Source of the DNA: Acidobacteriota bacterium
GTDB lineage: Bacteria > Acidobacteriota > Blastocatellia > UBA7656
Direction of reading: 5' to 3'
DNA: 64,000 bases
Assembly (NCBI GenBank): GCA_040754075.1
Contig: JBFMDH010000006.1
Coordinates: forward strand, 102,285-166,284
The notes below the pieces were generated by a model. The model was not told the origin of the DNA and ran no database searches. It worked only from the letters and a program-made list of their open reading frames with translations. Positions 29,624 through 39,478 of this stretch are shown here, piece after piece. The translations under genes and the position numbers were made by a program. How positions within the stretch are numbered: the first letter of the stretch is position 1; each line of letters starts with the position of its first letter.

Positions 29624-31444
29624 ATGAAAAAATCGCTCTATACAATTCTCATCGCTCTACTGATATTTGCTGCATCTTGTGCGTCCTGTAGTCCAAAACC
29701 ACCTAAAAGCACGAACGCGCCCAATCCTCCCTTCGAGGGTGAAACGCCGCAAGAAGCTTATCAATTTCCAGGCGAAACGGGCACCTACGGCGGACAACTG
29801 GTGATGGCTTCGCCCGATGATATGCAAAAATTCAACATCGTCACCGCCGATGATGTGCCTTCGACTTTCGTGCTCTGGTATCACGTCTTTCGCTGTCTGG
29901 TCGATTATCGCAATGGCGCGAATCCGCCGGATTATGACCCGGGCGTCTGCACAAAATACGAAGCCTCGCCCGATGCCAAAGAGTGGACATTCTATATCAG
30001 AAAAGGGGTGCGCTGGTCTGACGGTCAACCGTTTACCGCCGATGATGTTTTATTCACCTATGAGGTGATTAAAGATGAGCGCGTGCAAACCCCGATTCGC
30101 GATATTTTCACCGAAGGCAAAGACGCCAGCGGCAAAGCGACCTATCCCGAATTGCAGAAGATTGATGACCACACGGTGCGTTTTAAACTCACGAAATCCA
30201 ACGGCGCATTTCTCGATTCGATTTTCAACCTCTGGTTAATTCCCAAACACAAATGGGAGCAAGCCTGGCGCGAAGGCAAATTCAATGACGCCATGAAAAT
30301 CAGCGATGACCCGAAAGATGTCGTCGGTCTTGGACCTTTCCGCATTAAAGAATATACCTCCGGTCAACGTGTCGTCCTCGAACGCAACCCTTATTTCTGG
30401 AAAGTCGATAAACAGGGACAGCGCCTTCCATATCTTGACCGCATCATTTTCGTGATTGCCAAAGATTTCAATGCCCTCACCGCGAAATTCCAAGCCGGTG
30501 AAATCGATGTCATGGATAGAGTGCGCGCCGCGGAATTCACTCTGGTTCAAAAGATGGAAAGCCCCGAAGTCAAAGTCGAAGACATCGGCATTTCGCTCAA
30601 TCCCAACTGGATTACCTTGAATCAAAACACCGGCACTAATCCGAAAACCGGCAAACCTTATGTTGAAGCCTGGAAACTCAAACTCTATCGCAATCAAAAA
30701 TTCCGTCAGGCGCTCTCCTTTGCGATTGACCGCGAGGGTTTAGCCAATACGGTGTTTGCCGGTCGCGCGGTGCCGATTTATTCCATCATCACGCCCGGCG
30801 ATAAAACCTGGTATTCCGACGACATCATGAAATACCCGTATAACAAAGACCTCGCCAAACAGCTGCTTGCGGAACTCGGACTCAAAGACACCAATGGCGA
30901 TGGCTTTCTGGAAGACGGCGAAGGGCACACAGTTGGAATCAATATCACCACCAATGCCAGCAATTCACAGCGTGTCAGCACCGCGGCATTCATCGTGAAA
31001 AATTTTCAGGATGTCGGCATCAAAGCCATTTCCAATCCATCGGATATGAAAGTGATTCGCGAAGCCCTCAGTTCAACCTTCATGTTCGATGCGATTGTTC
31101 TCGGTTGGAGTACGGGCGTGCCGCCGGGTCCGCCAAATGTCAAAAATACGCTTTTATCATCGGCGCAAAATCACTCGTTTTTCCCTTTGCAGAAATCGCC
31201 ATCAACCGAATGGGAAGCGCGTATTGATGAGTTGATAGAAAAGATTGACGAAACCGCCGACCAGACTGAACGCAAACGACTGTTTGCCGAAGCCCAGCGC
31301 ATCTGGTCAGAACAGATGGCGGAAATCAACACGGTTGCCGAAAAAGTCGGCATCGCTTATAAAAACAAATTCGGCAATGTGCTACCGAGTCCTTTAGACC
31401 CGAAATTCTCCTGGAACAGCGAAGAGCTTTACATCAAGAAGTAG
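29624..31444 (+). CDS. ABC transporter substrate-binding lipoprotein, family 5 (oligopeptide/dipeptide/nickel type)
   Basis: ATG at 29624 with a GGAGGGAG site and lipobox AASCASC. The ORF track's start at 29558 was rejected. SBP_bac_5-like sequence throughout. Confidence 0.85.
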   Translation: MKKSLYTILIALLIFAASCASCSPKPPKSTNAPNPPFEGETPQEAYQFPGETGTYGGQLVMASPDDMQKFNIVTADDVPSTFVLWYHVFRCLVDYRNGANPPDYDPGVCTKYEASPDAKEWTFYIRKGVRWSDGQPFTADDVLFTYEVIKDERVQTPIRDIFTEGKDASGKATYPELQKIDDHTVRFKLTKSNGAFLDSIFNLWLIPKHKWEQAWREGKFNDAMKISDDPKDVVGLGPFRIKEYTSGQRVVLERNPYFWKVDKQGQRLPYLDRIIFVIAKDFNALTAKFQAGEIDVMDRVRAAEFTLVQKMESPEVKVEDIGISLNPNWITLNQNTGTNPKTGKPYVEAWKLKLYRNQKFRQALSFAIDREGLANTVFAGRAVPIYSIITPGDKTWYSDDIMKYPYNKDLAKQLLAELGLKDTNGDGFLEDGEGHTVGINITTNASNSQRVSTAAFIVKNFQDVGIKAISNPSDMKVIREALSSTFMFDAIVLGWSTGVPPGPPNVKNTLLSSAQNHSFFPLQKSPSTEWEARIDELIEKIDETADQTERKRLFAEAQRIWSEQMAEINTVAEKVGIAYKNKFGNVLPSPLDPKFSWNSEELYIKK

Positions 31445-31586
31445 TCGGCGGTCAGTAGTCGGTAGCCGGTGTTTGATTTGAAAAGTAATCATTGAATGAT
31501 TCACTGTAATATTCATGTTTTAAATTCCGGCTACTGACCACCGGCTACCGACTACTGACCACCGACTACCGGCTACCGACTATTGG
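31441..31586. repeat. Tandem-heptamer hairpin with unit CGGTAGT; asymmetric (about 4 units on the left, 8 on the right) with an inner AATCATTGAATGATT palindrome
   Basis: The reverse complement of the right arm is (CGGTAGC)(CGGTAGT)(CGGTGGT)(CAGTAGT)(CGGTAGC)(CGGTGGT)(CAGTAGC). It lies exactly between the binding-protein stop and the permease start. Confidence 0.8.
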
Positions 31587-31589
31587 CTA

Positions 31590-32561
31590 ATGAAAACCTT
31601 TATTCTGCGAAGGCTGCTTGCAGCTATCCCGTTAATCATCGTCGTCACCTTCATCACTAGTGCGATGCTGGTGTTGTCGCCGGGAAATTTTTTCGATGAA
31701 CTCAGGCTCAATCCCACCATCTCGCCCGATTACATCCGCCGCATGGAGCAAATCTATCATCTCGACAGTCAGAATATTTTTGAACGTTACTGGTACTGGT
31801 TGATGCCTGCGCTCAAAGGTGACTTGGGATTTTCCTACGCTTCGCGCGTGCCAGTCACTTCGTTAATCGGTGAGCGGGTACTCAATACTTTGTTGCTTAC
31901 AGGTTCGGCATTGATTTTTTCCTGGCTTCTGGCGATTCCTTTCGGGGTGCTCGCGGGTGTCTATCGCAATCGCTGGATAGATAAATTGTCGGGGTTCATT
32001 TCCTATTTCGGTCTGTCAATTCCGAGCGTCTTTTTCTCTCTGCTTGCCTTGCTGTTTGCGGCAAAAACCAAACTCTTTCCGGTTGGCGGCATTCACGACC
32101 AGGTCAACTGGGATTATATGAGCGCGGGAGAAAGAATCCTGGATACCCTCTGGCATATGGTCTTGCCCTGCATGGTGCTGGGCACGATTGGTGTTGCGCA
32201 GTATATGCGTCAGATGCGCAGCGAAATGATTGAAACCTTGTCGCAGGATTTCATTCGCACGGCAAAAGCCAAAGGACTCAGCCGGCGGCGCATCATCTTT
32301 CGCCACGCGCTCGGCAATGCCATCAATCCGTTGATTACGCTGTTTGGTTTTTCGCTGGCGTATCTGTTTTCGGGCGCTTTGCTTACCGAGTATGTTTTCA
32401 GTTGGCCCGGACTTGGCACTTTGATTTATGACGCCCTGATTAAAAAAGATGAGCCGGTGGTGATGGCGGCAGTCACCATGCTGACGATTATGCTCGTCAT
32501 CGGCAATCTCGTCGCAGACATTTTACTTGCTCTGATTGACCCGCGCATCCGGCTGGAATAA
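31590..32561 (+). CDS. ABC peptide transporter permease (OppB/DppB family)
   Basis: BPD_transp_1 EAA-loop region and 6 transmembrane helices. Confidence 0.85.
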   Translation: MKTFILRRLLAAIPLIIVVTFITSAMLVLSPGNFFDELRLNPTISPDYIRRMEQIYHLDSQNIFERYWYWLMPALKGDLGFSYASRVPVTSLIGERVLNTLLLTGSALIFSWLLAIPFGVLAGVYRNRWIDKLSGFISYFGLSIPSVFFSLLALLFAAKTKLFPVGGIHDQVNWDYMSAGERILDTLWHMVLPCMVLGTIGVAQYMRQMRSEMIETLSQDFIRTAKAKGLSRRRIIFRHALGNAINPLITLFGFSLAYLFSGALLTEYVFSWPGLGTLIYDALIKKDEPVVMAAVTMLTIMLVIGNLVADILLALIDPRIRLE

Positions 32562-32599
32562 GAGCAGAAAGGAATTGAATTTGAATTACTGAAAGGATG

Positions 32600-32625
32600 T
32601 TGAAGGAGCGGTCTCTGACCGCGAC
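32600..32625. repeat. REP-like element, single copy
   Basis: GTTGAAGGAGCGGTCTCTGACCGCGA. Confidence 0.65.
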
Positions 32626-32663
32626 CCGTAACTACTCACAAACTGCTCCGGTGAAAGCAAATT

Positions 32664-33824
32664 ATGAGCGACCCGAATATATTGGAAGAAATCAAACTCG
32701 CCGAATCGTCAACACAACTGGTTGATGCAGGCGAAAGCGCCTCGCGTGTCATCAGTCGCTCACCGTCGCAAATCATCTTAATGAAACTGAGGCGCAACCG
32801 GTTGGCGATGACAGGATTTTATCTTCTGACCGTATTTTATTTTTTAGCGATTTTTGCCGGTTTTTTCGCGCCTTATAAATATGACACCGCCGACCACGAT
32901 TTGCCTTTTCACGCGCCGATGCTAACCCGCATTCACTTTTTCGACGAGCAAGGCAAGTTTCAAAGACCGTTTGTTTACAGCATCATTCCCGAAGACCTGC
33001 AACTGAAAACCTATCGCGAAGACACCACCAAAAAATATCCGATACGCTTTTTGGTGCGCGGCGATAGCTATCACATTTTATGGATGATTCGCGCCAACAT
33101 TCATCTATTCGGGGTTGATGAACCGGGACGCATCTTTTTATTCGGGTCAGACAAACTCGGACAGGATATGCTCTCAAGGTTGCTTTACGGGGCGCAGATT
33201 TCTTTATCCATCGGCATTGTCGGCATCGTCATCTCAACTATTATTGGCATGTTGATTGGCGGCATTGCCGGATATTTCGGCGGCGCGATTGATTTCCTGT
33301 TGATGCGCGGCGTCGAAGTTCTGCTTGCGCTTCCGAGTCTCTATTTCATTCTGATTTTGCGGCAAACTTTCGGCACCGCTTTCAGTTCAACGCAAATCTA
33401 TCTGGTCATCGTGATTATTCTGGCATTCATCGGCTGGGCAACCGAAGCGCGGGTGATTCGCGGCATGGTCTTATCCATTAAAGAGCAGGATTATGTGACG
33501 GCAGCGCGGGCTTTGGGACTTAGCAATATGCGCATCATCATTCGTCACATTCTGCCGAACACTTTTTCGTTTGTGATCGTCACGGCGACGCTTTCGGTGC
33601 CGTTTTATATTTTAAGCGAAGTCGCCCTGTCGTTTCTGGGCGTCGGCATTCAGGAACCCGAAGCCAGTTGGGGCAATATGTTAAAAGACGCCAACGACAT
33701 TCGTTTCCTACAGGATTTCCCCTGGGTTTTATTGCCGGGCGTTTGCATCTTCATTGCAGTAATGGCTTGGAATTTTTTAGGCGACGGGCTACGCGACGCC
33801 GCCGACCCGCGAACCATGAATTAG
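32664..33824 (+). CDS. ABC peptide transporter permease (OppC/DppC family) with an N-terminal extension
   Basis: Conserved permease core, 386 aa. Confidence 0.85.
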   Translation: MSDPNILEEIKLAESSTQLVDAGESASRVISRSPSQIILMKLRRNRLAMTGFYLLTVFYFLAIFAGFFAPYKYDTADHDLPFHAPMLTRIHFFDEQGKFQRPFVYSIIPEDLQLKTYREDTTKKYPIRFLVRGDSYHILWMIRANIHLFGVDEPGRIFLFGSDKLGQDMLSRLLYGAQISLSIGIVGIVISTIIGMLIGGIAGYFGGAIDFLLMRGVEVLLALPSLYFILILRQTFGTAFSSTQIYLVIVIILAFIGWATEARVIRGMVLSIKEQDYVTAARALGLSNMRIIIRHILPNTFSFVIVTATLSVPFYILSEVALSFLGVGIQEPEASWGNMLKDANDIRFLQDFPWVLLPGVCIFIAVMAWNFLGDGLRDAADPRTMN

Positions 33825-33959
33825 CAGACAGTAGGCAGAAAGCAGTAGGCAGTCTTTTCGTTTAAGGTTTATACTCTCTTTGGCGAGGAAATTGGAAAAG
33901 TAATTCAAGGAAGAAATTTTATAACTGCCTGCTGCCTGCTGCTTTCTGCCTACTGATGC
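33824..33959. repeat. Tandem-heptamer hairpin with unit CAGTAGG/CAGAAAG
   Basis: Left arm CAGACAGTAGG CAGAAAG CAGTAGG CAGTC. The reverse complement of the right arm is (CAGTAGG)(CAGAAAG)(CAGCAGG)(CAGCAGG). The right arm abuts or overlaps the ptsH start codon. Confidence 0.8.
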
Positions 33960-34246
33960 AAGAGCGCACTGTAAAAATCAAAAATCGTTTGGGACTGCAC
34001 GCCAGAGCTGCCGCAAGGTTTGTACAATGTGCTGCGCAATTTACCAGTAAAGTTCAACTACAACGCGATGACAAAGAAGAAATCGCCAATGGCAAATCCA
34101 TTCTCGATGTGTTGATGTTAGCCGCATCAAACGGCACGACGCTTATCATTCAAACCGATGGCGCAGATGAAGAACGCGCTGCCGACGCGCTGGTAAAAAT
34201 AGTTGAAGACCGTTTCGGCGAAGAGGTGTCGGATGGACTTTTCTAA
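33956..34246 (+). CDS. ptsH: Phosphocarrier protein HPr
   Basis: GLHARAAA active-site His region, 96 aa. Confidence 0.85.
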   Translation: MQERTVKIKNRLGLHARAAARFVQCAAQFTSKVQLQRDDKEEIANGKSILDVLMLAASNGTTLIIQTDGADEERAADALVKIVEDRFGEEVSDGLF

Positions 34247-36044
34247 CGAATCTTCCCCTATCAAAAAACCCACTCAACGAGATGTCAGAATGCAGGGACT
34301 TGCGGCAAGTTCGGGAATTGCCGTGGGTCGCGCTCTGCGTCTTGATGAAAAAGGCCGCCAGCAAATTTTTTATGTGGTGGTATCGAGCAATCAGGTGCGC
34401 AGCGAAGTCCGCCGCCTGCGCGATGCCATCACGGAAGCGCGCGCGCAACTCGAAGAGATACGCTCAAAACTGGTGCGCGAACTCGGCATCGAACATTCTT
34501 ACATTCTTGATTCGCATTTGATGATGCTCGAAGATGAACGCTTTCAAGCGGAACTCAAACAGGAAATCCGCGCCCGAAAAATCAATGCCGAATGGGCGGT
34601 GCGCGCCGTAACCGACCGCATCGTCAGCGCCTATAAACAGGTGCAGGATTCCTATCTTCGCGAACGCTCGACCGATTTGGAAGATGTTGCCGCGCGCCTC
34701 ATTAACATCTTGTCGGGTCACACCAAATTCAACCCGGAGGAATTGAATGAAAAGGTTGTCCTCGTAGCCGAAGACATATTGCCTTCGACGGTTGCTGAAC
34801 TCAATTTCAATAATGTGCTTGGCTTTGCCACAAATTCCGGCGGACTCACTTCGCATTCGGCAATTATCGCCAGAGCTTTAAATATTCCGGCGGTCGTCGG
34901 TCTGCATGACATCACCCTGAAAATCAAAACCGGCGACGCAATGGTGATTGATGGAACCGCAGGCGAAGTCATCCTGCGTCCGACCAAACCGTTGATTCGC
35001 GATTATCTCGAAAAGAGCGAGCACGAAGCGAAACGCCCCACTAATTCGGCAACCAGAGTCGCCGAACCGACGATGACCATTGATGGGGTTCGCATTAAAT
35101 TGCGCGCCAATCTTGAACTCCCGAATGAGATTGTTTCGCTGCCGTTATTTGGCGCAGAGGGCATCGGGCTTTATCGTTCGGAATTCATGTTTTTAAATCG
35201 TTTGCCGAATTTGCCCGATGAAGAAGAGCAATGTCTGCTCTATTCCTGGCTTGCCGAATCGGCAGGCGACGCGGGCGCAAGCATTCGCATTTTTGATTTG
35301 GGCGGCGATAAACTTTCACTGCAAGGGTTTGAAGGCGAAGCCAACCCGGCGCTCGGTATGCGGGCGATTCGTCTATCGCTCAGGGTGCAGGAAATTTTCA
35401 AAACCCAGTTGCGCGCCATTTTTCGCGCCAATATGCAGGGCAATTTGCGAGTCATTTTGCCGCTGGTCACGACCATCAATGAACTGAGAGAAGCCAAAAA
35501 AATTATTGAAGAGGTCAAGCGCGACCTCAAAAACGAGCGCGTCAAATATAATCCCAACACCAAACTCGGGGTAATGATTGAAGTACCCGCTGCCGCGATG
35601 ATGGCGGATTTGTTTGCCCACGAATCCGATTATTTATGCGTAGGGACGAATGATTTGATTCAGTATATCCTGGCGGTTGACCGCGCCAATGAAAGCGTTG
35701 CGCATCTTTATCAACCGTTTCATCCGGCAGTGCTGAGGACACTGGCGCATCTGGTGCGGGTTGCCGAAGCGGAAAATAAACCCCTGGAAGTTTGCGGCGA
35801 GATGGCATCAGACCCTGTGCAGGCGATTGCTTTGGTTGGGCTTGGCGTGCGCACCCTGAGCATGGTGCCGACCTCGATTCCGCTGATCAAAAATGCGCTC
35901 GCGACCATCGATTGCTCCAGTGTGCGCGAGTTGATGACCAAAGCCTTGAAACTCGCATCCGCCGATGAAGTGCAGGAGTTGCTCTCAAAAGAACTCCCCA
36001 ATCAAGCGCCGCGATTAGTCGCCGCACTGGCTTCGCAAAGTTAG
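34233..36044 (+). CDS. ptsI: Phosphoenolpyruvate-protein phosphotransferase (PTS enzyme I)
   Basis: Conserved enzyme I N-terminal, PEP-utilising and TIM-barrel regions. Chosen ATG at 34233 with a GAAGAGG site, overlapping the ptsH 3' end by 14 nt. Confidence 0.85.
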   Translation: MDFSNESSPIKKPTQRDVRMQGLAASSGIAVGRALRLDEKGRQQIFYVVVSSNQVRSEVRRLRDAITEARAQLEEIRSKLVRELGIEHSYILDSHLMMLEDERFQAELKQEIRARKINAEWAVRAVTDRIVSAYKQVQDSYLRERSTDLEDVAARLINILSGHTKFNPEELNEKVVLVAEDILPSTVAELNFNNVLGFATNSGGLTSHSAIIARALNIPAVVGLHDITLKIKTGDAMVIDGTAGEVILRPTKPLIRDYLEKSEHEAKRPTNSATRVAEPTMTIDGVRIKLRANLELPNEIVSLPLFGAEGIGLYRSEFMFLNRLPNLPDEEEQCLLYSWLAESAGDAGASIRIFDLGGDKLSLQGFEGEANPALGMRAIRLSLRVQEIFKTQLRAIFRANMQGNLRVILPLVTTINELREAKKIIEEVKRDLKNERVKYNPNTKLGVMIEVPAAAMMADLFAHESDYLCVGTNDLIQYILAVDRANESVAHLYQPFHPAVLRTLAHLVRVAEAENKPLEVCGEMASDPVQAIALVGLGVRTLSMVPTSIPLIKNALATIDCSSVRELMTKALKLASADEVQELLSKELPNQAPRLVAALASQS

Positions 36045-36074
36045 AGGAATTTGCGACTGGCTTTACTTTGACTT

Positions 36075-36140
36075 TGTTGAGACAGCAATCTTTGACCGCG
36101 TCGTTGGGAAATCGCGGTCAGAGACCGCTCTCTCAACAAC
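36075..36140. repeat. REP-like element, inverted pair
   Basis: TTGTTGAGACAGCAATCTTTGACCGCG ... CGCGGTCAGAGACCGCTCTCTCAACAA. Confidence 0.75.
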
Positions 36141-36250
36141 CTTCATCTAAACCGGAATGCAGAAGATTGGTACACGACACATTAAGAATAAGCCCGGTTT
36201 ATCGGCATTTTTTCAACATCGAGTGAACCAACCTCTTGTATCTCGGTTTA

Positions 36251-36280
36251 GCAATCGTGGTCAAAGACCGTTTGCTCAAC
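36251..36280. repeat. REP-like element, single copy in reverse orientation
   Basis: TGGTCAAAGACCGTTTGCTCAAC. Confidence 0.6.
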
Positions 36281-36308
36281 CTTAGAATGGTTTGGCAAAC
36301 CGCTGTAG

Positions 36309-36641
36309 TCATTTTCTGCGTTTGAAAAAATAGACCGGATCGCCTTGTGAGCCATAGACGGTTACCAATTCCCAACCCTTCTCGCCTAACTTATCCAGGT
36401 TTGATTCCAGTGGGAACGCTTCACGAAAAGCGCCAATATTTTCTTTGCGCATGGTTGCGCTGGTCGAAGATGAAAGGTTGGTGGTGCCGCCTTGAACGAC
36501 TAAATATTCCCATTGCTCTGCGGCAACCGCTTCTGTGGATGCCGCCGCGTCTTTGCTCTTTTGGAAAACTGTGTTGGCGGTCACGCCGATGACAAATATC
36601 AAAATTAATCCAGCAGTTGAAATGAAGATGATGCGCCGCAT
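36309..36641 (-). CDS. Small membrane-anchored protein, possibly DUF4177-like
   Basis: N-terminal transmembrane helix and a C-terminal ..LGEKGWELV.V....FKRRK tail. Confidence 0.35.
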   Translation of the reverse strand: MRRIIFISTAGLILIFVIGVTANTVFQKSKDAAASTEAVAAEQWEYLVVQGGTTNLSSSTSATMRKENIGAFREAFPLESNLDKLGEKGWELVTVYGSQGDPVYFFKRRK

Positions 36642-36724
36642 ATATTCTCTCCTCTTTTGGGTTGAAGTTACTGATAAGCGTTTAAACGGCGCACCGGCAG
36701 ATTGGTTCAGACTTTAAGTCGTGG

Positions 36725-39307
36725 TTAAACGCGAATCGTGAAGGGTTGTGAACGTTGATTATTTTCAATCACAACGATTTGATTATCGGTGTCGGAAATC
36801 AGTTTGAGTTTCTTGGCTTTCAGGCGAATGCTCAGCGAATTGGTCGCGGCATCGAAAACAAAAGGCATTTCAATGATTTTCCCATTGATTTCAACTTGCG
36901 CGGCAGCAGTGAAATCCTGTCCCGTGATGGTCAGCAGTTTTTTGACATAGGTTACATTCGCAATCACAGGTTTTTTCGGCGGCGGCGGCACATCAGGGAC
37001 AGGGTCGGCGATGTTGTAAACCACCAGCGCAAAATCCTGATCCAATTCACTATCGTTTCCCGGTACGCCATTGCCTGCGATATTGGCAGCGCGAATTGTA
37101 ATCGTGAAATTGCCTGCTACGCCTTCCGGTATCAGTTCAGGTTTGATGAAAACGCTTTCAACATTATTCAAATGGTCGGCTTCGCCATCGGCAATTGAAA
37201 AGGCTTCGGAAAAATTATTGCCGCGATAAATGGTCGCATCGCCAACCTTCACTTCCAAGTCCAAATCATTAACCAGTACCGCACCGAGAAGCGCGCCCGG
37301 CGCATCCGTCCACGCAAGGGTCAAGCGCAAAGGTTTGGTGCGGTCAGCAAGCGAGCCGCGCAATTCATAAACCTGTCCGCTTGCCGTAAAGCGTTCCGTT
37401 TGATCAATGAGTTTGCGCGTGGTCGCATCGAAGGTTTGCGCCAGATTCAAAAGCCCCCAGCCCTGTCGCGCTTGCGGTAAATTGCCTCCAGCATTTTCGC
37501 CGTTCATATACGAAGCGGCATTGATGAGAAAAGCTTTGGTCATCGCCGGCGACGGCGCATGGTTGTTGCCGAGCAGGTTGTTCTGCGCAAAATATTTTCT
37601 CAGCAACCCGGCGGCTCCGGTGACGTGCGGCGCGGCAAGCGATGTTCCCGAAGACCAGGTGTAGAGTTGTTGCCCGGCAGGTTGAAAAATCGGCACGCCC
37701 GGACAAAGCCCCAACCCGAAAAAGTTTTGTGATTGCGAAGCCGCGCCGTGAACGTGGGTGCCGGGTGCAGCAAGGTCAGGTTTGGCGCGACCATCAGCGG
37801 TTGGTCCCCCGGATGAAAAACGCAGAATATCCTGCGCACTGTCCGCGCCATCGGGACCGATGCCGCCAAGCCCGTCGTTATTGCATGAATCCAATCCCGT
37901 GGGTCGGTAATTTTCACTTGCGGCAACCGACAAAACATTTTTTGCAGCGCCGGGTGAACTAACGCGACCACCGGCTCCGTCATTACCTGCCGAGAACACA
38001 AACAGCATTTCCTGATTTCCTGAAACCGCAGGTTGCGCGTCACGCGCCAGCGCATCGTATTGTTGAGAAATGATGTCATAAGCGTTTAAACTCGTGCCCC
38101 AACTGTTATTCGAGATGCGCGCCCCGGCTGCATAAGCAGCGGAAATCACATTAGTGAAATTCAAATTTGCCGGTTGCAATCCGTTATCCGTAAAGATGCG
38201 CGAAGAACCGATGCGGCTTTGCGGGTCAACCCCCAAACCATACAAATAGCCTGCGTCGTCTTGCATACCATCAGCCCCGTTGCCGCAGATAATCGAGGCG
38301 ACCAGTGTGCCATGTCCTCTGATGTCTTCGCTGTTCGCGGTGTAGTTTTTCACATAGACGATGCGGCTTTGATTCTGCGCGTCGAGAAAATCGGGATGCA
38401 AAAGGGTCGGCAACAGCGAACCCCGGTCTACGCCCGAATCAGCTACGTCGATGATGAAATCGCCCTGTGTATTCAACCCTTTTTCGGCAAGCCAATTTAA
38501 ATAGCCTGCCGTTGTCGGTTCCGTGCGCCCCTCATTTAAATTTGCGGCGATGATTTGCAGACTCCGTTCATCGTGCAAAGTGAAACTGGCGGCAGGCTCA
38601 ACAAACACCACTTCATCAAGCGCGGCAATCTTTACCAGTTCACCTGCTGGAACAATCGCTGAAATAATTTGATAGTGTAAAAATTTTTGCGGGGTTGTTA
38701 GGGCGTCCACATTTTTCGCGATGGCTTGGATGTATTCGAGGTCGTCTTGAGCTTCCGGCGCGGCGATGAGTTCGATAGTGACGCGGGCATCATTACTGGC
38801 ATTACCCTGTAAACTCGCGTCGAGTTCCGGGGCGATTTTCTGTAGCGGTTGCAGGCGGCTCATCCAGCGAAGCGGTCGCGCATCGTCGGCAGCCTCTTGC
38901 GCATCGAGTTCAGCGACTCGCGCCATTTCCATTTCATCACCGCGAATCAGATAAGCGTTGTGCGGAATATAAGCGATAATTTCTGCGCCGGTGGCTTTGA
39001 GTTGTTGAAACCAGTCGGGACGAATCGCATCTACAAATTGCACGATGCGCAATTGTTTTCGCGCTGCGAAGCCCTGTGTAGCGATATTTTTTTGCAGCGC
39101 GAGTCGGTCTTCACGTGACGTGTCGAGATGCGCCTGGGCGCGGGTGTCGATTGCGCCGCGCCGAAATAAAATCGCTTGCGAATCGGGTGATGCTTTGCCT
39201 GGCGGCACTGAACTGGCATTGACGCCGACCAGAGCGGCGCAGGCGAATATCATGAAGACAAAAATCAGCAGTGTTTTATTTATTTTTTGCGAAATTGAAT
39301 GTGCCAT
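36725..39307 (-). CDS. S8-family (subtilisin-like) secreted serine peptidase, 860 aa, with C-terminal beta-rich domains
   Basis: Asp (DVADSGVD), His (GHGTLVASI) and Ser (GTSLAAPHVTGAAGLL) catalytic motifs, plus a signal peptide. Confidence 0.85.
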   Translation of the reverse strand: MAHSISQKINKTLLIFVFMIFACAALVGVNASSVPPGKASPDSQAILFRRGAIDTRAQAHLDTSREDRLALQKNIATQGFAARKQLRIVQFVDAIRPDWFQQLKATGAEIIAYIPHNAYLIRGDEMEMARVAELDAQEAADDARPLRWMSRLQPLQKIAPELDASLQGNASNDARVTIELIAAPEAQDDLEYIQAIAKNVDALTTPQKFLHYQIISAIVPAGELVKIAALDEVVFVEPAASFTLHDERSLQIIAANLNEGRTEPTTAGYLNWLAEKGLNTQGDFIIDVADSGVDRGSLLPTLLHPDFLDAQNQSRIVYVKNYTANSEDIRGHGTLVASIICGNGADGMQDDAGYLYGLGVDPQSRIGSSRIFTDNGLQPANLNFTNVISAAYAAGARISNNSWGTSLNAYDIISQQYDALARDAQPAVSGNQEMLFVFSAGNDGAGGRVSSPGAAKNVLSVAASENYRPTGLDSCNNDGLGGIGPDGADSAQDILRFSSGGPTADGRAKPDLAAPGTHVHGAASQSQNFFGLGLCPGVPIFQPAGQQLYTWSSGTSLAAPHVTGAAGLLRKYFAQNNLLGNNHAPSPAMTKAFLINAASYMNGENAGGNLPQARQGWGLLNLAQTFDATTRKLIDQTERFTASGQVYELRGSLADRTKPLRLTLAWTDAPGALLGAVLVNDLDLEVKVGDATIYRGNNFSEAFSIADGEADHLNNVESVFIKPELIPEGVAGNFTITIRAANIAGNGVPGNDSELDQDFALVVYNIADPVPDVPPPPKKPVIANVTYVKKLLTITGQDFTAAAQVEINGKIIEMPFVFDAATNSLSIRLKAKKLKLISDTDNQIVVIENNQRSQPFTIRV

Positions 39308-39478
39308 AAACTATCAAATCAAAGGGGACACAGGGAGAACGCTGTCAAATTTTGATTGGGTCATTATAACTTTTAAGAAAAGCTTTTGTCAGGTATTCTT
39401 TTGATTACTAATCATCAGGGCATGAAATCCCCGTGCTGTCGTTTATAGCGAATTCATATTGAAGAGGAAGGTTCATTG

